From an uncultured Clostridia bacterium (GTDB lineage: Bacteria; Bacillota; Clostridia; TANB77; CAG-508), in the NCBI GenBank assembly GCA_947626605.1, contig CANQSV010000002.1, forward strand, positions 92,231-156,230: a stretch of DNA of 64,000 nt, in the 5' to 3' direction. The translations under genes were made by a program, and so were the position numbers. The notes beneath the pieces are model-generated. The model did no database searches and was not told where the DNA came from. It saw nothing but the letters and a program-made list of their open reading frames with translations. Positions 49,594 to 59,766 of the stretch are shown here, piece by piece; position 1 is the first letter of the stretch, and every line of letters begins with the position of its first letter.

Positions 49594-52446
49594 CTATTCT
49601 AAATATTTTTTCAAAAATTTTCCTGTGTACGATTTGTCATTTTTGCATATTTGTTCTGGTGTTCCAACAGCTACTATTTCTCCACCTTTTTCTCCACCTT
49701 CTGGTCCTAAATCAATTATATGATCTGCTGTTTTTATTAAATCCAAATTATGTTCAATAACTACTATTGAATTTCCTGTATCTACCAATCGTTGTAAAAT
49801 ATTTATTAATTTATGCACATCTGCTATATGTAATCCTGTTGTTGGTTCATCTAATATATATAAAGTTCTTCCTGTTGGTTTTTTAGATAATTCTGTAGCT
49901 AACTTTACTCTCTGAGCTTCTCCTCCTGATAAAGTTGTTGAAGATTGTCCTAGCTTAATATATCCTAATCCAACATCAAATAAAGTTTGTAATTTTTGCT
50001 TAATTCGTGGCAAATTTTCAAAAAATTTTAAAGATTCTTCTACTGTCATATCTAATACTTCTGCTATATTTTTTCCTTTATATTTAACTTCTAAAGTTTC
50101 CTTATTGTATCTAGCACCTTTACATACTTCGCAAGGGACATAAATATCTGGCAAGAAATGCATTTCAATTTTCTTTATTCCATCTCCACTACATGCTTCG
50201 CATCTTCCTCCAGAAACATTAAAGCTAAATCTACCCTTTTCGTATCCTCTCATTTTTGCTTCGTTAGTATTTGCAAACACATCTCTAATTATATCAAAAG
50301 TACCTGTGTATGTAGCAGGATTAGAGCGTGGTGTTCTTCCAATTGGTGATTGGTCTATATTAATTATTTTGTCTATATTTTCTATTCCTTTTATATTTTT
50401 ACATTTTCCAGCTTTTTCATTTGAACCATTTAACTCTTTTGCTATATTTTTATATAATACTTCGTTTATAAGAGAACTTTTTCCTGAGCCAGATACTCCT
50501 GTAACACATGTAAATACTCCTAATGGGATTTTTACATTTACATTTTTCAAATTATTTTGTGTTGCCTCTATAATTTCTATAGATTGCTTCTTAGGTTTTC
50601 TTCTAACTTTTGGGACTTGAATTTTCTTTCTTCCGCTTAAATATTGACCTGTTATTGAATTTGGATTTTGCTTAATTTCTTCTGCTGTTCCTTGAGCTAT
50701 TACATTTCCTCCATGAACTCCTGGTCCAGGACCTATATCAATAATTTGATCTGCAGCATACATTGTATCTTCATCATGCTCTACTACTAATACAGTATTT
50801 CCTAAGTCCCTTAATTTTTTCAAAGTTTCAATTAGCTTATCATTATCCCTTTGATGCAATCCTATACTTGGTTCATCTAGTATATATAATACACCTGTTA
50901 AGCTAGAACCAATTTGAGTTGCTAATCTTATACGTTGAGCTTCTCCTCCTGATAAAGTTCCTGCTGATCTAGACAAAGTTAAATATTCTAATCCAACATC
51001 TAATAAAAATTGAAGTCTTTTATTAAGTTCTTTTAAAATTTGATCAGTTATTAATTTTTCTTGCTTACTAAATTCTATTGAATTTAAGAATTCTTTAATT
51101 TTTCCAATAGACATATCTGTTAACTCATTTATATTCTTGTTACCTACTGTTACAGATAAGCTTTCTTTTTTTAATCTTGCTCCACCACAAGTTGGACATG
51201 GAGAATTTCTCATATATAATTCATAAAAAGTTCTCATTCCCTGTGATTTTGTTTCTGAATGTCTTCTTTCTAAAGTTGGTAAAACTCCCTCAAAAGGAGC
51301 AGAAAATTTTCTTGTTCCTGCTATAGTTGTGTATTCAAAATCTATAACTTCGTTTCCTGTTCCATATAAAATTTTTTCTAAAAAGTCTCTTGGTAATTTT
51401 TTTATTGGCTGTTTAATATCAACCCCATAGTGCCTTCCAATGCTCTCAAAATACATTTTTGCCATAGTATCGCCTTTTTTCATCGTACTAGCACCAAAAG
51501 CTTTTACCCCATCATATAATGTTTTATTCTTATCTGGTATTATTAAATCTTCATCCATTCTCATTAAATATCCAATACCTGTACAGCTTGGACATGCACC
51601 AAAAGGATTGTTAAAAGAAAACATCCTTGGAGATAATTCTTCTATACTAATTCCACAATCTGGACAAGCATAATTACCACTAAATAATTTTTCTTCCTTA
51701 CCGTGTATATCTATTAGAACAAGATTATTGGCATACTTTAATGCTACTTCTATAGATTCTGCCAACCTATTTCTTATTTCTTCTTTTATTACTAATCTAT
51801 CTATAACTAATTCTATATTATGCTTTTTCTTTCTATCTAAATCCAAATCATCTGTTAGTTCAACTGTTGTTCCATCTACTCTAGCTCTTACAAAACCTTC
51901 TTTAACATAACCTTGTAATTGTTTAACAAATTCTCCTTTTTTTCCTCTAATTATTGGTGCTAAGACTTGTATCTTAGTTCCTTCTTCTAATTCCATTACA
52001 TTATCTACTATTTGGTCTAAAGTTTGTTTTTCAATCTTTTTTCCACAATTTGGGCAATGTGGAATTCCCACTCTTGCATATAGTAAACGTATATAATCAT
52101 AAATTTCAGTTACTGTTCCTACTGTTGAACGAGGATTTTTAGAAGTTGTTTTTTGGTCAATAGATATAGCTGGTGAAAGTCCTTGTATTGACTCTACATC
52201 TGGTTTTTCCATTAAGCCTAAAAATTGACGTGCATATGCAGATAAGCTTTCAACATATCTTCTTTGCCCTTCTGCATATAATGTATCAAATGCAAGAGAT
52301 GATTTTCCAGAACCTGAAAGTCCTGTAATTACTACTAATTTATCTCTTGGTATTTCTAAATTTATATTCTTTAAATTATGTTCTTTTGCTCCTTTTATGA
52401 TAATCTTATCATTAATATTGTCTCCCATTTTTATTATTGCTCCCAC
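49594..52446 (-). CDS. uvrA: Excinuclease ABC subunit A
   Basis: Two ABC modules ([18 protein letters not shown]) and zinc-finger Cys pairs. 950 aa. The start could instead be the ATG at 52428. Confidence 0.97.
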   Translation of the reverse strand: MGAIIKMGDNINDKIIIKGAKEHNLKNINLEIPRDKLVVITGLSGSGKSSLAFDTLYAEGQRRYVESLSAYARQFLGLMEKPDVESIQGLSPAISIDQKTTSKNPRSTVGTVTEIYDYIRLLYARVGIPHCPNCGKKIEKQTLDQIVDNVMELEEGTKIQVLAPIIRGKKGEFVKQLQGYVKEGFVRARVDGTTVELTDDLDLDRKKKHNIELVIDRLVIKEEIRNRLAESIEVALKYANNLVLIDIHGKEEKLFSGNYACPDCGISIEELSPRMFSFNNPFGACPSCTGIGYLMRMDEDLIIPDKNKTLYDGVKAFGASTMKKGDTMAKMYFESIGRHYGVDIKQPIKKLPRDFLEKILYGTGNEVIDFEYTTIAGTRKFSAPFEGVLPTLERRHSETKSQGMRTFYELYMRNSPCPTCGGARLKKESLSVTVGNKNINELTDMSIGKIKEFLNSIEFSKQEKLITDQILKELNKRLQFLLDVGLEYLTLSRSAGTLSGGEAQRIRLATQIGSSLTGVLYILDEPSIGLHQRDNDKLIETLKKLRDLGNTVLVVEHDEDTMYAADQIIDIGPGPGVHGGNVIAQGTAEEIKQNPNSITGQYLSGRKKIQVPKVRRKPKKQSIEIIEATQNNLKNVNVKIPLGVFTCVTGVSGSGKSSLINEVLYKNIAKELNGSNEKAGKCKNIKGIENIDKIINIDQSPIGRTPRSNPATYTGTFDIIRDVFANTNEAKMRGYEKGRFSFNVSGGRCEACSGDGIKKIEMHFLPDIYVPCEVCKGARYNKETLEVKYKGKNIAEVLDMTVEESLKFFENLPRIKQKLQTLFDVGLGYIKLGQSSTTLSGGEAQRVKLATELSKKPTGRTLYILDEPTTGLHIADVHKLINILQRLVDTGNSIVVIEHNLDLIKTADHIIDLGPEGGEKGGEIVAVGTPEQICKNDKSYTGKFLKKYLE

Positions 52447-52576
52447 TTAATAAATTCTTCTAAAACATTTATATATTACCACAATTTTTTATTTTTTTCA
52501 ATATGTATTAGTACATTTGTTCTGTTTTTTAATATTAGTAAAGCTATCAGTAGATCTCTGATAGCTTTTTATTAAT

Positions 52577-53053
52577 TTATTTTGTTATAGATAAAATTTT
52601 ATATTTTACAATTCCTCCTGGAGTATTAGCTTCTACAATTTGATTTTTCTTTGCACCTAGTAAAGCCTGGCCAATTGGTGATTCATTAGATATTCTATTT
52701 AAACTTAAGTCTACTTCTGTTGAACCTACGATTGTATATTTTTCTACTTCATTATATTCTAAATCTTCTATTTCAACAGTATTTCCTACTTGAACTGTTT
52801 TTGTGTCTATTTCAGATTCGTCTATAATTTTTGCATATCTTAATTTATTTTCTAAATTTGCTATTTTCACTTCATTTTGTGCTTGTGCATTTTTTGCTTC
52901 ATCATATTCTGAATTTTCTGATAAATCTCCAAAACCTAAAGCAACTTTTATACGTTCTGCTATTTCTGTTCTTTTCTCTGTTTTTAAATATTCTAATTCC
53001 TTTTCTAGATTATCATATCCTTCTTGTGTTAATAAGACTTCTTTTCCTTCCAT
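52577..53053 (-). CDS. greA: Transcription elongation factor GreA
   Basis: Motif GDLSENSEYDEAK. 158 aa. Confidence 0.95.
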   Translation of the reverse strand: MEGKEVLLTQEGYDNLEKELEYLKTEKRTEIAERIKVALGFGDLSENSEYDEAKNAQAQNEVKIANLENKLRYAKIIDESEIDTKTVQVGNTVEIEDLEYNEVEKYTIVGSTEVDLSLNRISNESPIGQALLGAKKNQIVEANTPGGIVKYKILSITK

Positions 53054-53141
53054 TTTAATAGCCTCCTATGTTTGTGATTGAGACATATTTTTTTATATGT
53101 CTTAAGTATTGCTAATATATTATGACAATAAATTTTTTTTG

Positions 53142-54119
53142 TCAAGATAAATATTCCATTTCGTTAATTTTTCCTTTTGTTCCTATCAAATATTCTATCT
53201 TGACATTATCTTCATAAATAGATTTTTTTAATTTATCAAATTTTTCCCTTGAATATATTAAACTCTCATATAATGTATTTATATCAAATTGATTATATAA
53301 ATTATATTCTTTTAATAAATCTATAATTTGATTATCTACTTTTATTTTATACCCATTAATATTAATTCCGCTAAATCCTTTTAAATTTATGTTTATATTG
53401 TCATTTACATTAATGATTATACTCTTTCTATTTATATTATATTGATTTATTTCTTTTTCAGAAAAATCTATATTAATTATTATATCACTATTTAATAGAC
53501 TTTTTTTTCTGTTGTTTACAATTAAAATAGGTATTCCCATCTCATTATAGAGTTGATTTTCAACTCTTTTGAAATACTTGCTATTTGTAGTAACAATCTT
53601 TAATAATTTTATTTCTTTTGCTAAACTTTTTATACTTGCTAGTATTATATCATTTGGTCTATTAATTAGAATTGTAATGATTTGGTTTTTTAACTCTTTT
53701 TTCTGGCACTCTACTATATATTTTGTAGTATCTTGCAATAATATAGCAAATAGCCATCTACCATCTAAAACCTTTAGCCTATTTTTATAAACAATTTCTA
53801 GAATACGTTCATCTTCATTTATTGCATCAGATAATACTACTAAATTATCATTGGTTACCTTTGAACTAATCTTTTTATATAATTTTGAAATTTTCCTATT
53901 TCCTATTTTTTTATTTTTTTCTTTTTTCCAAGGCAATATATAAATTTGTTTATTTCCAAAATTTCTTATCGTAACTATATTAAATAAGTATTTATATATT
54001 AAAATTATTTTATTTAATACTCTATTATTTTGCCAGTGAATAAAATCATAAAAAATATTTTTTTTACTATCTTTTTTTATAATTTCATTTATACTTTCCA
54101 TATTTTTTATGTATATCAT
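53142..54119 (-). CDS. Hypothetical protein (Lys/Asn/Ile-rich, no TM segment)
   Basis: 325-aa ORF between aspS and greA. No motif recognised. Confidence 0.5.
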   Translation of the reverse strand: MIYIKNMESINEIIKKDSKKNIFYDFIHWQNNRVLNKIILIYKYLFNIVTIRNFGNKQIYILPWKKEKNKKIGNRKISKLYKKISSKVTNDNLVVLSDAINEDERILEIVYKNRLKVLDGRWLFAILLQDTTKYIVECQKKELKNQIITILINRPNDIILASIKSLAKEIKLLKIVTTNSKYFKRVENQLYNEMGIPILIVNNRKKSLLNSDIIINIDFSEKEINQYNINRKSIIINVNDNININLKGFSGININGYKIKVDNQIIDLLKEYNLYNQFDINTLYESLIYSREKFDKLKKSIYEDNVKIEYLIGTKGKINEMEYLS

Positions 54120-54176
54120 AATAAAACATCACCAATAAATATTTATGGTGATGCTTGTATTTTTATTCTTATTTTA

Positions 54177-55946
54177 TTATTCTTTTTCTTTTTTTACATC
54201 TAATTTTATATGAACATCTCTTAATTGTTTATCTGTTACATATCCAGGTGCTCCCATTAATAAATCTTGTGCTTTGCTGTTCATTGGGAACGCAATAACC
54301 TCTCTTAAATTTGGTTCATCTGTTAGAAGCATAATCATTCTATCTACTCCTGGTGCAACACCTGCATGTGGTGGTGCTCCAAAATGGAAAGCATTAAACA
54401 TAGCTGGGAATTTTTCTTCAATTACACTCTTATCATATCCAGCTATTGAGAAAGCTTTTACCATTATTTCTGGATCATGATTTCTTACAGCTCCTGAAGA
54501 TAATTCAATTCCATTACATACTATATCATATTGATATGCAAGTATATCTAATGGTTTCATATTATTTAAAGCATCTATTCCACCTTGTGGCATAGAAAAT
54601 GGATTATGACTAAATTCTATAGTACCTTCATCTGATAATTCGTACATTGGGAAATCAACAATCCAACAGAATTTAAATTCATTCTCATCAATTAAACCAA
54701 GTCTTCTACCTAATTCTTGTCTAATTTGTCCAGATAAAGTTTCTACAATAGGACTTTTCTCTGCTACAAAGAATATTGCATCTCCTGCATTTGTATTTGT
54801 TTGTGTTAATAATTTTTCTGTTGATTCTGCATCAATAAATTTAGCAATAGGACCTTGTAAAGTTCTATCTTCATTTACTCTTACCCATGCTAGCCCCTTT
54901 GCACCACATTCACTTATTGCATAATCTGTCATTTCGTCGAAAAATCTACGTGGTTGTTCTTTTACATTAGGAGTTGAAATTATTCTTACTGTTTTTCCTT
55001 TAAAAGCATTAAATTCGGTATTTTGGAAAATCTCTGTTACATCTTGTATAATAAGTGGATTTCTTAAATCAGGTTTATCTGAACCATATTTTAACATTGC
55101 TTCTCTATATGGAATTCTTGGGAAAGGATATTCTGTAACCTTTTTATTTGAGAAAGTTGTAAAAGTATTATACATTACTTCTTCCATTATTTTAAAAACA
55201 TCTTCTTGTGTTGCAAAAGCCATTTCCATATCTAATTGATAGAACTCTCCTGGTGCTCTATCTGCTCTTGCATCTTCATCTCTAAAACAAGGAGCTATTT
55301 GAAAATATTTATCTATTCCTGATACCATTAACAATTGTTTAAATTGTTGAGGTGCTTGTGGAAGTGCATAGAACTTTCCTGGATTTAATCTACTTGGAAC
55401 TAAATAATCTCTAGCTCCCTCTGGTGAAGAACTTGTTAATATCGGTGTTTGAACCTCTGTAAATCCTCTTTCTATCATTTGACTTCTTAAAAATTGCAAT
55501 ATTTTTGCTCTTAATAATATGTTATTTTTTAGTTTTTCATTTCTTAAATCTAAATATCTATATTGAAGTCTTAAGTCTTCTTTCACATCTTTATCAGAAT
55601 TAACTTCAAAAGGAAGATTTTTTAATCTTTTTCCTAGTATTTTTATATCTTCTATAACAAGCTCAACTTCTCCTGTTTGCATATTTTCATTTATTGTATC
55701 TTCAGATCTTAATCTAACTGTTCCTTCTATTGATACAGTTGATTCATTTGGTATTCTAGATATATCTCTTACTTGTTCTGTTTCTCCTGAAATAACAGCT
55801 TGTGTTATTCCATATTGATCTCTAATATCTAAGAAAACTACACCTCCTAAATCACGAGTATTTTGTATCCAACCTGCAATTTTAATTTTTTGTCCTACAT
55901 GTTCTTTCCTAATTTCACCACAATTATGCGTTCTGTACTCATTCAT
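54177..55946 (-). CDS. aspS: Aspartyl-tRNA synthetase, bacterial type
   Basis: OB N-domain, class II motif 2 FRDEDARADRAPGEFYQLDME, GAD insertion, motif 3 G.APGVDR. 589 aa. Confidence 0.95.
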   Translation of the reverse strand: MNEYRTHNCGEIRKEHVGQKIKIAGWIQNTRDLGGVVFLDIRDQYGITQAVISGETEQVRDISRIPNESTVSIEGTVRLRSEDTINENMQTGEVELVIEDIKILGKRLKNLPFEVNSDKDVKEDLRLQYRYLDLRNEKLKNNILLRAKILQFLRSQMIERGFTEVQTPILTSSSPEGARDYLVPSRLNPGKFYALPQAPQQFKQLLMVSGIDKYFQIAPCFRDEDARADRAPGEFYQLDMEMAFATQEDVFKIMEEVMYNTFTTFSNKKVTEYPFPRIPYREAMLKYGSDKPDLRNPLIIQDVTEIFQNTEFNAFKGKTVRIISTPNVKEQPRRFFDEMTDYAISECGAKGLAWVRVNEDRTLQGPIAKFIDAESTEKLLTQTNTNAGDAIFFVAEKSPIVETLSGQIRQELGRRLGLIDENEFKFCWIVDFPMYELSDEGTIEFSHNPFSMPQGGIDALNNMKPLDILAYQYDIVCNGIELSSGAVRNHDPEIMVKAFSIAGYDKSVIEEKFPAMFNAFHFGAPPHAGVAPGVDRMIMLLTDEPNLREVIAFPMNSKAQDLLMGAPGYVTDKQLRDVHIKLDVKKEKE

Positions 55947-55979
55947 TTCTTATCACCCTTTCTAAAAACTGTTTTTCAA

Positions 55980-56215
55980 ACACAATAAAAGAACCTTACT
56001 GTGCCTATATAAACAGGGACGAAAGGTTCTTTCCGCGGTGCCACCCTAATTGAAAAATACTATTATAAATATTTTTCCACTTTATTTAAATTACTCCAAT
56101 GTGTTCCTCAATTATGTTTATTGAAAATGCTCTCAGCCACGGCATTTACTCTCTTACAACAACCTCTAATTGCTCGTCATTATCATCGTAATAATATTTA
56201 ATTTTATGCATAATA
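55980..56215 (-). promoter_or_regulatory. T-box leader of aspS (specifier apparently AAC)
   Basis: On the minus strand: promoter TTGACT-16-TATAAA (56217-56244), K-turn GAUGA, AGAGAG bulge, T-box AGGGUGGCACCGCG (56034-56047), and terminator AAAGAACCUU..AAGGUUCUUU + U-run (55988-56032). Confidence 0.85.
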
Positions 56216-56324
56216 TTTTATACCATTTAAGTCCAAAAGTCAATATTTTTTCTCTCATCTTATCAGACATTTCATTTATTAAATAATAGTATGGAGCTTT
56301 TTTCTTTCTTTGAAAGAAAAAATT

Positions 56325-56340
56325 CATACAATATAAAAAA
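56325..56340 (-). repeat. Terminator-associated motif copy 6
   Basis: catacaatataaaaaa lies next to the hairpin at 56341-56368. Confidence 0.55.
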
Positions 56341-56368
56341 TGAAGCTAACTTTTTTTCGTTAACTTCA
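56341..56368 (-). terminator. Terminator of the LPXTG surface-protein gene
   Basis: Stem tgaagctaac / gttaacttca (1 G-U pair in the minus-strand RNA), followed by a T-run on the minus strand. Confidence 0.7.
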
Positions 56369-56381
56369 TTATCTTCTAAAT

Positions 56382-57761
56382 TTATTTATTTGCATCTAAT
56401 TTGTTTTTATTTCTTATATATTTTATTCCAAATAATATTGCTAATATTACCATTACACAACCTAAAACTGCCTCTTTACTAATTTTCTTACCTGTTTGTG
56501 GTAATTTACTATTAGATGTTGTATTGTCTTTACTATTATTTGTTGTAGTATTGTTCTTTTTTATTTTATTTTTATCTCTACTTGCTCCTAAAACATCTCC
56601 ATCTTCTGTATTATTTCCTGTTGTATTATTTTTTGGTTTTGTCGTATTATTTTTAGGCTTTGTTGTGTTATTTTTTGGTTTTTCTGTTTTATTTTCTACT
56701 ATATTATTTCCAACTGTATTGTTTCCGACTGTATTATTTCCAACTGTATTATTTCCAACTGTATTATTTCCAACTGTATTGTTTCCAACTGTATTGTTTC
56801 CAACTGTATTATTTCCTTCAGGTTCTTTTGGCTTGTCTTTCTTTGGAATAGTTCCATCATTGTATATGTAATAATGACCTTCTATATGTCCTGATAAACT
56901 TTTTGCAATCATACATCCTGCATAATTTGTATCTGGAGCTGTTATATCAGCATTTGGTGCCACTATATGACCTATAGTAGCATGATCTGACATTGTTATA
57001 TTAGTTGCATTTGGGAAATTCCAAACAATAGCAGTACCATGTACATCTGAACCTTGTGTAGACATTTCGCTTCCATTAACATTTAAAATTGGTAATGTTA
57101 TAGTTCCTGATTCTATTATATTTATTAAAGTTAAGTCTGTACTACTAGCACTTCCTTGGATATTAATTTTTTTAACATCAGCTAGTTTTTCTATTGTAAC
57201 TTCTTCTCCTATTTTTACTGTTAGAGTTCCTTCCTTATCTGGTTTTACTGTTTTACCTGATATTAAATTTCTTGATTGATTTCTTAAACTTCCAAATAAT
57301 TTTTCAAAATCAAGATAACTATCTGTAATTACTACAGGATTATTAGTATACCATTCTCCATTTACTGTAGTTCCACCATGCTCAGTAATTACTACATCCT
57401 TTCCTGTTCCTAAATATAAAGTTGGCGTATTTCCATCAGTTGGGGCAACATTTCCTCCTGCTAATATTTTTCCTTTAATATATGAACTTATATTTCTTGT
57501 TACTTGAGAATGATATAACTTGCTATTTATATTTCCTCCGACTAATATTGGACCTACAATATGCTCTGCTTTTGATACACTATCTAAAGTAACTAAATTA
57601 TAATTTTTTATTAAGTATTCTATTGTATAACTACCCTTAAATTTTTCACTACTTTTATCTTCCGTTGCTTTTATTATCATGATAAATGCCGTTGAAAAAG
57701 TTAAAGCAAGTAATATAACTAGTAGAATTGCAATTTTTATATTTTTACTGCGACCATACAT
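56382..57761 (-). CDS. LPXTG-anchored surface protein with a choice-of-anchor-A-like N-domain and Asn/Thr repeat stalk
   Basis: Signal anchor. VWNFPNATNI..GHIVAPNADITAP block. GNNTV x7 and KPKNNTT x3 repeats. Complete sorting signal: LPQTG + TM + basic tail. Confidence 0.8.
   Translation of the reverse strand: MYGRSKNIKIAILLVILLALTFSTAFIMIIKATEDKSSEKFKGSYTIEYLIKNYNLVTLDSVSKAEHIVGPILVGGNINSKLYHSQVTRNISSYIKGKILAGGNVAPTDGNTPTLYLGTGKDVVITEHGGTTVNGEWYTNNPVVITDSYLDFEKLFGSLRNQSRNLISGKTVKPDKEGTLTVKIGEEVTIEKLADVKKINIQGSASSTDLTLINIIESGTITLPILNVNGSEMSTQGSDVHGTAIVWNFPNATNITMSDHATIGHIVAPNADITAPDTNYAGCMIAKSLSGHIEGHYYIYNDGTIPKKDKPKEPEGNNTVGNNTVGNNTVGNNTVGNNTVGNNTVGNNTVGNNIVENKTEKPKNNTTKPKNNTTKPKNNTTGNNTEDGDVLGASRDKNKIKKNNTTTNNSKDNTTSNSKLPQTGKKISKEAVLGCVMVILAILFGIKYIRNKNKLDANK
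56691..56810 (-). repeat. In-frame 15-bp tandem repeat (about 8 units) encoding GNNTV
   Basis: Units atttccaactgtatt / gtttccaactgtatt. An adjacent 21-bp x3 repeat at 56631-56693 encodes KPKNNTT. Confidence 0.9.
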
Positions 57762-57879
57762 GATTATCTATCCCTTCTTTTGTATATTCTTATTTAATTC
57801 TAGCAATTCTGCATTTATTTGTCAATATTTTTAAATAGTAAAATTTTACTGCCTATGCAAATAATTTACAACATAATTT

Positions 57880-59766
57880 TTATTCCAATTCAAATGCTCC
57901 TGTATATAATTGATAATACTTACCTTTTTGCTTAATTAAATCTTCATGAGTTCCTCTTTCTATTATTCTACCATGCTCTAAAACTATGATTGCTTTTGAG
58001 TTTCTTACCGTTGATAATCTATGTGCTATAGCAAATACGGTTCTTCCTTCCATAAGTTTATCCATTCCGTCTTGAACTATCTTTTCTGTTCTTGTATCTA
58101 TACTAGATGTTGCTTCATCTAAAATCATAACTGGAGGATCACTTATAGCAACTCTTGCAATAGATAATAGTTGTCTTTGACCTTGAGATAAATTTTCCCC
58201 ACTACCATCTATCATTGTATCGTATCCATTAGGTAATTTCACTATAAAATTGTGTGCGTTTGCTAGTTTAGCTGCTTTTATTACTTCTTCATCAGTTGCA
58301 TCTGACTTTCCATATCTTATATTATCTCTAATAGTTCCTGTAAATAAATTGGTATCTTGTAAAACTATTCCTAAAGAACGTCTTAAGTCAGCCTTTTTTA
58401 TTTTATTTATGTTTATTCCATCATATCTAATTTTTCCATCTTCTATATCATAAAATCTGTTTATTAAATTTGTAATCGTTGTTTTGCCTGCTCCTGTTGC
58501 TCCTACAAAAGCTATTTTCTGTCCTGGCTTTGCATATAAACTAATATCATGTAAAACTAATTTATTTTCTTCATAACCAAAGTCTACTTCTTTTAATTCT
58601 ATATGTCCTTCTAATTCTTGATAAGTTAATGTTCCATCTCCATGTGGATGTTTCCATGCCCATTTTCCTGTATGTTCTTTTGTTTCTGTTATCTTTCCAT
58701 TTTCAATCTTTGCATTGACTAATGTAACATATCCTTCATCGTATTCTGGTTCTTCATCCATAAGTTCAAATATTCTTTCTGCTCCAGCTAATGCCATAAT
58801 AATTAAATTTAATTGCTGAGATATTTGATTTATTGGTCTTGAAAAAGTTCTACTTAATTCAAGAAATGCTACTACAGTTCCTACTGTTATGCCTCCTATA
58901 CCATTAATTGCAAGTATTCCTCCCATTACAGCAACAACTGTATATTGTAAATATGATAGATTTCCAAGTATTGGCATTAGAATATTTGCAAAAGTATTAG
59001 CTTTTGTTGCATCTTCACATAAGATATTATTTATATTATCAAAATCCCTTTCTGCTTCTTTTTCATGACAAAATACTTTTACTACCTTTTGTCCCTGAAT
59101 CATTTCTTCTATATATCCATTTACTTGACCTAATGCTTGTTGTTGTTTTATAAAAAACTTACCACTTCTTGCAGTTATTTTCTTTGATACAAAGGCAATT
59201 AATATTACACACACAATTACTGTTAGTGCTAAATATATACTAGATGCTATCATGGCTACTAATACTGCAATCAGTGTCATTACAGATGAAAATAATTGTG
59301 GTATACTTTGTGATATCATTTGTCTAAGAGTATCTGTGTCGTTTGTGTAATGGCTCATGATATCTCCATGAGTATGCGTATCAAAGTATTTTATTGGCAA
59401 TTTCTGCATTTTTTCAAACATTTCATCTCTTATATCTTTTAGTACTCCTTGTGAAATATTTACCATTATCCTATTATATAAATAATTTGCTACTATTCCT
59501 AAAAGATATATACATGCCATAATTAAAATTGCCTTTAATAAACCTGTAAATACTGGATTTTGCATTTGCATTAAAGGTGCTATATAGTCATCTATTAATG
59601 TTTTTATAAATAAAGTTCCACACACCCCTGTTACCGCACTTAATATTATACAAAAACATACAAATATAAATTGTTTTTTATAATCTTTGAAAATATATTT
59701 TATCAATCTACTTGCTGTTTTTCCACTTATTTTTGGAGGTTTTGCTTTTACATTTTCATTACTCAT
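57880..59766 (-). CDS. ABC exporter permease/ATPase fusion, heterodimer subunit with canonical Walker A/B but a degenerate signature
   Basis: Six-TM domain. GATGAGKTT, LSQGQRQL, ILDEATSSID. Its start overlaps the upstream partner's stop. Confidence 0.9.
   Translation of the reverse strand: MSNENVKAKPPKISGKTASRLIKYIFKDYKKQFIFVCFCIILSAVTGVCGTLFIKTLIDDYIAPLMQMQNPVFTGLLKAILIMACIYLLGIVANYLYNRIMVNISQGVLKDIRDEMFEKMQKLPIKYFDTHTHGDIMSHYTNDTDTLRQMISQSIPQLFSSVMTLIAVLVAMIASSIYLALTVIVCVILIAFVSKKITARSGKFFIKQQQALGQVNGYIEEMIQGQKVVKVFCHEKEAERDFDNINNILCEDATKANTFANILMPILGNLSYLQYTVVAVMGGILAINGIGGITVGTVVAFLELSRTFSRPINQISQQLNLIIMALAGAERIFELMDEEPEYDEGYVTLVNAKIENGKITETKEHTGKWAWKHPHGDGTLTYQELEGHIELKEVDFGYEENKLVLHDISLYAKPGQKIAFVGATGAGKTTITNLINRFYDIEDGKIRYDGININKIKKADLRRSLGIVLQDTNLFTGTIRDNIRYGKSDATDEEVIKAAKLANAHNFIVKLPNGYDTMIDGSGENLSQGQRQLLSIARVAISDPPVMILDEATSSIDTRTEKIVQDGMDKLMEGRTVFAIAHRLSTVRNSKAIIVLEHGRIIERGTHEDLIKQKGKYYQLYTGAFELE

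Noticed and set aside
52540-52568. A perfect 11-bp hairpin (aaagctatcag..ctgatagcttt) between greA and uvrA whose T-run is on the plus strand.
   Set aside because: It could suggest a plus-strand (antisense) transcript terminator, but the only plus-strand ORF here (52378-52575) is compositionally spurious. It more likely acts as a weak or bidirectional terminator or a stabilising hairpin after greA.
56691-56810. Regularly spaced short direct repeats (here and at 62981-63100), considered as possible CRISPR arrays.
   Set aside because: The units are contiguous with no spacers, are 15 bp long, are in frame within long ORFs, and encode peptide repeats. No cas genes are present.
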